Origin: Octopus bimaculoides
Taxonomy: Eukaryota
Direction of reading: 5' to 3'
Assembly: GCF_001194135.2 (NCBI RefSeq)
Contig: NC_068995.1
Location: 13,514,112-13,560,750 of the forward strand
Length of the DNA stretch: 46,639 nt
Shown here: positions 1-9,200 of the stretch, in pieces
Layout of the letters: every line of letters begins with the position of its first letter
Position numbering within the stretch: position 1 is the first letter of the stretch
Position numbers and translations under genes: made by a program
Notes under the pieces: generated by a model
Told to the model about the DNA's origin: nothing
Database searches by the model: none
The model's input: only the letters and a program-made list of their open reading frames with translations

Positions 1-1
1 G

Positions 2-238
2 TGAGGTGGCACCGATACAGTCGTCGATATACCGACCGTATAGTTCGGGAGTGGGACCAGTGAAACTGGAGAATATTTGGGCCTCAACATAACCAACGAA
101 GAGGTTCGCGTAGTTGGGGCCCATTCTCGTCCCCATGGCCACTCCCGAGAATTGCTGGTAGATATCTCCCGCGAACGAGAAGCAGTTGAGAGATAGGACA
201 AGTTCGGCCAGACGAATGAGTGTGGAGGTGTCGGGTTG
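2..238 (-). mobile_element. Penelope-like element (PLE) reverse transcriptase fragment, continues beyond the window edge
   Basis: Stop-free minus-strand frame PDTSTLIRLAELVLSLNCFSFAGDIYQQFSGVAMGTRMGPNYANLFVGYVE...YGRYIDDCIGATS; QQ..GVAMG..MGP.YANLF and YIDD (31-20) are PLE RT motifs; ~55% GC and CpG-rich, unlike the flanks. Confidence 0.88.
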
Positions 239-239
239 T

Positions 240-455
240 GTGTCTGTCTGTATATCCCCCCTCACCATCTCTTTACAACTGATGCTGGTGTGTTTATGTC
301 CCCATAACTTAACAGTTTGGCAAAAGAGACCAGTAGAATAAGTACCAGGCTTACAAAGAATAAGTCTTAGGGTCCACTTCTTCAATTAAAACCCTTAAGG
401 CAGTGCTCCAGCATCGCTGCACTCAAATGACTGGAACAAGTAAAACAATAAAAGA
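240..455 (+). mobile_element. SINE family A, 3' half
   Basis: Matches the 3' half of the 28653-29028 copy (gcaaaagagacc..agaataagtac.aggcttacaaagaataagtc...gtgctccagcat...aaatgactg). Confidence 0.8.
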
Positions 456-617
456 ACTAACTCTCCATTTTTCAAAGAAGAATGGAATGGAAAATCCATT
501 ACTTGAGAAACAGGATCAACAACAGGAAGAGCATCCAGCTGTAAATCCATACCTCAATTATAATTATTTGTATGCCAGTGTGGAAGAATGTATGTGAAAT
601 GAAAACTCAAATGAATT

Positions 618-1160
618 TATTACCTCCGCCTTAGCGAAGGTGGAGGTATTGTTTTCAGTCATAAGAACCGCTGGATGGATTTGGATGAAACTTTCAGGGA
701 TTGGCACAAACTGATTAGATTTTGGCATCGATCTGGTTTTGGACAAGGATTCTGGATTATTTTCCCTGTTTTTTTGCTTAACCCTTTTGTTCACAACCCG
801 GCTGAAACTGGCTCTGGCTCTGTAGTACAAATGTCTTGTTTTCATAAGTTTTGAATTAAAATCTTCCACCAAACCTTAGTCACAATTTATGTTCCTAACA
901 CTAGCTTAATGATAATTAAGTTATTTTACTAAATTCTTTGTTATATTTAATATTAGTTGAAAGAAACACGGAGCATCTCGAAATAAATACGGTAACGAAA
1001 GAGTTAATTTTTGAGAGCAGTCAGGTTAATTTTTAGCATTCTCGTTTGTGAGAGCAGTCGAGTTTATTTCAGATATTCTCACTTTAAAAATCATCTCTAG
1101 CTAATCGTTGAGACAACGTTGGTGTTGCCTTGTCGGAGGTTTGCACTGAGTGCTCTTGTT
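618..1160 (+). mobile_element. HINE/DINE-1-like (Helentron-type) non-autonomous element, interrupted by a TTAA MITE
   Basis: 5' hairpin TACCTCCGCCTT-agcg-AAGGTGGAGGTA (621-648); 3' subterminal inverted copy CCTTGTCGGAGGT (1128-1140) followed by a short hairpin GCACT-g-AGTGC and a TT end. Confidence 0.55.
778..1007. mobile_element. TTAA-flanked (piggyBac-type) MITE family 1
   Basis: TTAA at 778-781 and 1004-1007; termini CCCTTTTGTT / AACGAAAGAG; diverged copy at 41839-42073 and right-end fragment near 32163-32247. Confidence 0.75.
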
Positions 1161-1264
1161 AATATTTATTTTTCCTTTATGCTTCAAAGTGATTCTGATA
1201 ACCATTTCCTGAAAATCCATTCCTGCATTCAAAGTTTTTATATTTTGTCTCTTTTGTTATTTAG

Positions 1265-1417
1265 GGAAGAAAATTGTATTTTGAAGATGGAAGGCGAAGG
1301 ATCGATTATATCATTGCATGGAATAAACACAGTAAGAAGATGACAGAATCACAGAACGCTCGCTCGACTTTTCACGATAACTTGAAGAAAGAGTTCCTAG
1401 AACTTGAAGTTGATACC
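1265..1417 (+). CDS. ANO: Anoctamin exon 1 in window (phase 0-0): [19 protein letters not shown]...FLELEVDT
   Basis: ttgttatttag|GGA acceptor, ACC|gtaagt donor; 153 nt; conserved F.DG.R.IDY motif of the anoctamin N-terminal dimerisation domain. Confidence 0.92.
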
Positions 1418-3180
1418 GTAAGTTATGTCTTGTTAAACATTACTCACACTATCACCACCATCACCACCACTACCAACACCAACACCACTATCACCATCAT
1501 CATCATCACTACCACTATCACCAAGTCACCAACACTGTCACCACCACCACCACTTTCACTATCACCATCACCACCACTCTCACCAATACTGCCACTCATC
1601 ACCACCACCACTCTCAGTACCATTATCACCATCCCCACTGCTCTCACCATCACCACCGCTCTCACCATCACCACCGCTCTCACCATCAGACGAATTTGAA
1701 CTCAGAATGTAAGGACAGACAAAATATTCTGAGTTCAAATTCTGCCAAGGTCAATTTTACCTTTCATCCTTTCAGGGTTGATAAAAAAAATAAGTACCAG
1801 TTGAACTCTGGGGTTGATGTAATATAATAATTATAATAACAAAAATTCATCTAAGACATTTAGACGTTTAATTTAAATCCTGTTTTTCTTATTGTTTCAG
1901 AGTGATGCCGAAATCCATTTTATGAAAGTCCATGCACCATTCAAAGTCTTATGTCGTTATGCAGAACTACTTAAATTGAAAGTTCCAATGAAAGAAGTAA
2001 ATATAATAATTTTATTGTCAATATTTTTAATGTTACAAGGCGGCGAGCTGGCAGAAGCTTTAGCACAGTGGACGAAATGCTTGGCAGTATTTTGTCTGTC
2101 TTTATGTTCTGAGTTCAAATTCCACTGAGATCAGCTTTGCCTTTCATTGTTTTGGGGTCGATAAATTAAGTCCCAGTTGCATACTGGGGTTGGTTTTGCT
2201 CATGGCAGCATCCTTGTAAGCTGTTTGAAGCATGACAACTGTTTCAGTCGCTGTTTTCCCCAGCAGAAAACAGAATCTCACGGAAGCATGATGTTTCTTT
2301 GTTTCAGCTATTATAAAAAAATCAAAGAACAAGGGAAAAGCACTGCAAAACAAAGACACACCACATGGCAGTACAACTTCACTCAATGACACTGGTCAGC
2401 AAACTGATGCCTGTGGGTTGCATCAAGTAGCTTCTAGCAGTGGAAGCCCGAACTACAATGAGTTTGTCCCATAGAGAATGTTTCTGGCTACTTTTGGGTA
2501 TCCCCTTGTATATATATGTGTATATATATATTATGTCTTTTTCACCTGCTAGTATTGAGTGATTGAGTGGATGATCCTATATTTGCACACCTTCTCAGCA
2601 TACACCTGGCTGTTCTCTGCACACTTTCTGCTTGTTAAATTTCATTCATAAACCTTTGGTCAACACAAGGCTATGGTAAAAGTCATTTCCTCAAGATGCT
2701 ATTGTCCAGTTGGATAGAACTTAGAACCACATAATTAAAAAAACAGACTTCTTAATCAAATAGCCATGCCTCTGCCCATATATATATATTCTATATTCTT
2801 TTATTTGTTTCAGTCATTTGGCTGCGACCGTGCTGGAGCACCGCCTTTAGTCGAGCAAATCGACCCCAGGTCTTATTCTTTGTAAGCCTAGTACTTATTC
2901 TATTGGTCTCTTTTGCTGAACTGCTAAGTTACAGGGATATAAACACACCAGCATCGGTTGTCAAGCAAAGTTGTTGGGGACAAACACAGACACACACAAG
3001 CATATATATATGTTTATATGCAACGGGCTTCTTTCAGCTTCCGTCTACCAAATCCACTCACAAGGCTTTGGTTGGCCCGAGGCTGTAGTAGAAGATACTT
3101 GCCCAAGGTGCTACACAGTGGGACTGAACCAGAACCATGTTGTTGGTAAGCAAGCTACTTACCACACAGCCATTTTTGCA

Positions 3181-3217
<37 letters not shown>

Positions 3218-6200
3218 GTTTTCCTTATTTTTTAAACATGTTTTTTACATATCTTATATATTTATAGTCATTAATCAATGAAATGTATTTCAAATGTTAT
3301 TTATTAAATTATTTCTGTTTCTTTTTAATTTTTAGACTCCTGAACTGTTACATTTTGCTAAACAGTATGATGAGCAGGTAATAACTGCATATTCTATCTC
3401 TTCCTTATTTTGTACCTGTTATTTGATAAAGTTAAAAAAAAACCATCTTGCTTATTGTAAAAACTTGTTAGACATCTAGCATTGGTGTGTGTGTGTGTAT
3501 GTGTGTATATATATATATGTATGTATAAGGAAAATGAGACAAGGTAGAAAATGCTAAAATAACTTTATCATGAAAAACATTTTAGTACCAGTTTCATTCT
3601 TTGTGACTTTTTCAGCTTAGAGTAAAGCATGAAAAACAATTAAATTGTGGAAAAATTAAATGAAATGTTTTTTTTAAAATATTTTTTACATAAAAGTAAA
3701 AAAGAAAGAGAGACAGACAGAAAAAAGGAAAATGTTCCTTGCGTTTGAAAACTATGGAAATATTTTAAAAGACATTTCATTTAATTTTTCCACAATTTAA
3801 TTGTTTTCATGCTTTACTCTAAGTTGAAAAAGTCGCAAAGACTGAAACCGGTTCTAAAATGTTCTTCATGATAAAATTATTTTAGCATTTTCTACCTTGT
3901 CTCATTTTCCTTTTACATATCAACTCGTGTGTTCCTTTTCAACCTTCTACATATATATGTGTGTGTGTGTGTATGTGTGAAGGTGTGTGGCTTAATGGTT
4001 AGGCTGTTGCACTCACAATCTCTAGATTTTTGGGTTCGATTCCCCAATTGGTTGGCATATTGTGTTTTTGAGCAAAGCACTTCATTCCACATTGCTCCAG
4101 TCCCCCTTAGATTGGGGGAGATTGTTGGCCTGCTGACCTAGCCAGTAGGGTGGCATCATTTGAAGGCTAAAACAGTACAAAAGCTCATTGTGGCTAGTGA
4201 TGTGTAACAACAGCTGATAACCTGGTTGATCATGTGAGCTATATATATATATTTAAATAGATGTTTTAATTTGGATATGTATATATGTATACATATATTA
4301 TTTTTAATGTGGAACTCGATGTAGATGATACTATAAAAAATAGCATATAAATATTGGTTTAAAGAATGAGTTCCTCCATTAAAAACAACTTATTTCACAT
4401 TTCTTGAAGTTTTTAAATTCTTATATCATAAATAATTTTTGCTGTTAAGAATAAAACCTCTAAAATAGATGAACAAATTTGAAGGATTTCTTTGGTCATG
4501 TGGTAAAACATCTGTCATGTCTGCCAATGATATGAATTCATATATTCATGTCCCATTGACAGCTTTCAACTTTTTTTTTTTCCATTGGAAGAGCTTTTTA
4601 ACTCAATATTTAAAAATTGCTGTTTATAGCTTTATCTACTTTGAGTTTCACCATTGAAAACAATTTATTTCATGCTGCTTGAAGTTTCTAAATTCTTATG
4701 TTGTAAATAACAAATATATTTTATCAACTGCACATTTTCGATGTATGTGTTTTGTTTGTTTGCCAGTGCAATAAGGGAGTCATTCTTTGGGGTTTTTTTT
4801 TATCATAGTGAACCAGGAAACAAACAAAACATATACACTGAATATGTGTGGTTAATAATCTTTTGCAACATGAGTGCTGCTTTTAATTCAATTTGCTATT
4901 GAAATATATACACATATATTTATTATTATTATTATAGAAGAGAGTAAAAAGAAAGAAAATAGAAAGCCTCTCACAATGCAGAAAGTTTTATAAAACCTTT
5001 ATACTTCAAGCGCAAGGCTCATCTTCAAAAGAAAATTGGTCTGGGAAATATCTAGTTATGCAGGTTCCGTTAACTGGAAATTTCTCAGACTGTTTTTCTT
5101 CTGAAGATGGGCTTTTACGCTTGAAATTAAAAAGGGTTTTATGAAACTTAAAACTCTCCGCGTTGTTAGAAACCTTCTAATCTCTCTCTTTTTACCCTCT
5201 TTGATATTACAATATTTCAAGCAAAATACAATGCCCATATTATTATTATAATTTTTTTATATCAGCATGGGTTAGACTATTGAAGCAGCAATGTACCTCA
5301 GAATGGTACCATATATATATATATATATGTATATAAGGATATAATTGTAAGCAAGCAGAAGAAAAGGAAGTTCTCAATACTGAGAGTAGAGTGGTATAAT
5401 TGATTGGAAGCCTGAAACTTCACATATGGTTACCATAGCTTTCTTGTTGCTGATCTAAAGATGATTATGCAAAAAAATAGAGCATGAAATTTGGTATACA
5501 GTGTGCATACAGTAAAAAGGTTTGAACACTGATTGGTGGATATCGAATGAGAAAGTGATGTTATTGGTTAATAATGTAACCATTGTTTCAAAAACACAGA
5601 AGGGAATCTAATACTTAATGAGATAAAAATAAGAATAAACTGTACAATCAATATTGCAAGCATAAGACTATATATGTGTGTGTGTGTATATCTGTATGTT
5701 AGTTGAAAAATATATGTATGTTGTCAACTGTATGTGTTAATAAGAAAAGAGTAGTAGTATAACAGAAGAAACTCAAATCAAGTGCCCTTAAAAGTGGAAA
5801 TTTTTTAAAAAATGATATTCCAATTTCTGTAAATTAACTGATTTAATCAACTATTTAGAAGTACATTACTGCTTCAATCAGCCATTTGGCTGTCCATAAT
5901 TATAAAGAACTTCAAAGAATGCCTGCAGTAATCTAACATTTCTGAACATTCGTTTAATATGTTGTCATCTTTAAATGGTATCACTAATTTTTGTGCTTAA
6001 ACAAAGCTTGCAACAGAAAATATATATGTGTACGTATGGAATGGCATGACTAAGCATCAACCATTAAACTTGAAAGAAAAATTAGATAAATGAGAGGAGA
6101 AAAGAAGGAAGAAAGCAGAATAGCATTGCTCGTTTATTTGTTCATCTGTGTCTAAGAAGACTTATTCTAGTTGAGAAGTGTTTGTCACAGATTGTACACT

Positions 6201-9200
6201 GATGTTTGCTTATACCAGGATTGTTATGGTGTAGATTGTGAGCTTCTCTTTTGGTCTCCACTATAGACATTTGTAAAGATTCAAAAGCCATTGTCCATAT
6301 GTATAAATATATATACGTGAATGTGTATGTGTGTATAAATTTAAAGATACAGACATGGGAAATATGTGTGTGTGTTTGTATGTATGTATTATGCGTTTTG
6401 CTCCATTTATTATTATTCTTCATATATATATATATATATATGTATACATATANNNNNNNNNNNNNNNNNNNNNNNNNNNNNNNNNNNNNNNNNNNNNNNN
6501 NNNNNNNNNNNNNNNNNNNNNNNNNNNNNNNNNNNNNNNNNNNNNATATATATATATATACTCAATACATTAGAACACTATAGACTCTGATAGATAGTTA
6601 TTCATGTGAAAGTGAAACAGGAATATTACTGTTTCATTCATTTGATGAGAAATAATGATGAGTAATGAAATGAAGTGCATTTTCAAGTGACCATGTGATC
6701 ATTCATTGAAATTTCGGAGAAAGAATTTGGGTATTTGTCAGCAAGTGAAAATTAGTTGGCTTCTTTTGTTTAAGATTGCAGGTGGCTAATGTTATCAAAT
6801 TGCAGATAAGGTACATTTGTACCTTAACTAATATTGTTCATGTCATATTGGTGATCTCTGTTTCATTATTTCCAAATATATGTTGAAAGTAGTATGGCTT
6901 TGATGACAAAATGAGCTATTTTACTGAAGCAGCTGAATTTTGAAGGAGTGGTTTGTGAGTCCTTTACAGCTTGTTTATGCATTACAGTACCTTTTTACTA
7001 TGCATTTGTTCTTTAGGTTGTAAAGGTCTATATTACAGTAATTAAATGTCTGATCCTTTTGCTCTTTGTAATATTTTGGCATTGTTGCTCTACTTATCAC
7101 TTGACATGTATCATGGAGCTCATTGTTATGTTCTTGTTCAACAACTAAGGAAATTTGTGGTTGCTCATGATGTATCTTCTGATTTGGGAGAGTAAACAAC
7201 ACTGGCTCCTAACATTGATGTTATATGGTGGGTTATACCATAAAATATTTCTCTTCATATTTTTAGGGTAGTTAGTAGTAATTGTTGGTAACTTCTTCGT
7301 TCCTTTTATTTTTTGAAGAAATACATGTTAGTGCCTCGTTGTAGCACACAGTGGCCTTGTGGGGGCTTCATTGGGGAAGCAGTACATTCATCCTCTTGTT
7401 AATGCTTATATAAGTACATGCTTTAGTGGATGGTTAGATTGTGTTTGGATATACAATGGGAGACTATGACATTTTGTAAATACATAATCATCTTCAGGTC
7501 ACTTTGTGTAATATTTGTGTATGTTCTGGTGAATTGGACAGATTTTAGAAGAGCTTAGTTTATGGAACAAAAACACTCAGTGACAGCATATTGGATAAAT
7601 CTGCATTTCCTTTTCTTTTTGACATCATAGAACATGAAATAACTGATGCAGTGTTGTTCCACAGATTAAAATTTGTAGGCTGTTTATGTCAGCATTTACC
7701 CTAATATCTCATTAACTATACCAAAATCACTTTTGGAAGGATTAATGAGTCTACTTTTAGGTGAGTTTTTGAAATTGTTTTAGTGGCTTTTCAGTTGGCT
7801 TAAGTTTCTTTTCTTTTTTCTTTATTTTCTTGGTGTGTCATTTAAGTTTGTCATGAATTTTATGCTTTGTGGTTATCTAGCTATTTGTGGTTTCTGCATT
7901 GGTTTCACTGTAAATGTCACCCTTGTATTATTTTTCATAGAAATTTGATATACCATTGTGTACAAGGTTCTTGATGGTACCAGTGCTTATCTTGTGTAAC
8001 TTATTTGTTTTGTCTGCAAATATGAACAGATGTTTAGAAAATATGATCGTGTTTAAATCTTGGTTTAGTTTGTTCATTAAAAAAAAAATTCTATTTCCTT
8101 ATTTGGTCTAGTGGTTAAGATGTTGAGCTCATAATGATTAGATCATTGGTTTGATTCTCAGGCTTGGCAGTGCATTGTATCATTAAGCAAGGTACTTCAT
8201 ATCACATTGCTCCAGTACACTTTGTTGAAAATGATTACCAATGGCTCTTAACACTGCTATGGACTGGCAACCTATTCAGTGGAGAGTCCTGAGCTTATAT
8301 GCTTTGAAAATCTGGAAATAAGCTTCAGCCTCACCAGTCTATGGGTTTGAGGCATGAAGAAATGTTCTTTTATTAAACTTATGGAGTTATTTTGAAATTT
8401 ATCTGAAATAATATATAGATTTAACATCTTCATAGTTTTAATCTAGAACCATTTTTTTTCTTTTATTATTTGTTTTGTTATTTTTGTTCAAATAGAAATA
8501 GATCATCTATTGCACATGTTTTATCATGCATCCTTGTACCCTCAATGAGTATTTTAAGTAGACATTCCCTGAAAGGAATTAAAATGTGTTTCATTGAGTA
8601 ATTTCCTTGACTTAAGCCCTTCACCTGCTATGGAGTGTAGGCCATTGACAACTTTTCTTCACTGTTCTTAACTTTGGGGCATCAAATGTGAATGTCCTCT
8701 CCCAGGTCTTGTTGGTTTTGAATTATCATCGATGGTTCTTTAACTTTGCCCTCTTTTAGGTAAGGGTGTTGGCCCTATGCAAACCCATTTTCACCTTTAC
8801 CATACTAGTCTGGCCCCTATCCTTCAGCAATGGAGGCCCTACCAAGAGCTTGCTATCACTAGCATATCTCTTAGTGTCATTTAGGTATACAAGCCACTAC
8901 ACCACAAGAGGTGGGCCTCATTAAGTAGTCTGTCTATTCTTTTCATTGTTTGCATTCCATATTCATGTAATGTCTGTGTATATTCACAACTTCTGGTCAT
9001 TATGGTATATATTGTTTGTTTATTTGTTATGTGAAGGCACATGGCTCACTGATTATAGCATCGGGCTCACAATCATGTGGTAGTGAGTTTGATTCCTGGA
9101 CCGGGCTATGTGTTGTGTTCTTGAGCAAGACACTTGTGATCATGAGTGCAACACCCTAACGACTAGGTCATGCATCCTCACTGAACAACCACACAGAGAA

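Noticed and set aside
1418-1699. Thr/Pro-rich mucin-like extension of ORF 1274..1699
   Set aside because: Read-through past the GTAAGT donor at 1418 into a CAC/CAT low-complexity tract.
6142-6210. C2H2 zinc-finger host gene
   Set aside because: Single incomplete finger at the end of an RTE-like ORF2 remnant; no array or splice structure.
7017-7025. 9-nt microexon GTTGTAAAG (VVK) resembling the start of exon 4
   Set aside because: The acceptor is reasonable but the donor GTCTAT is very poor; the resemblance is probably chance.
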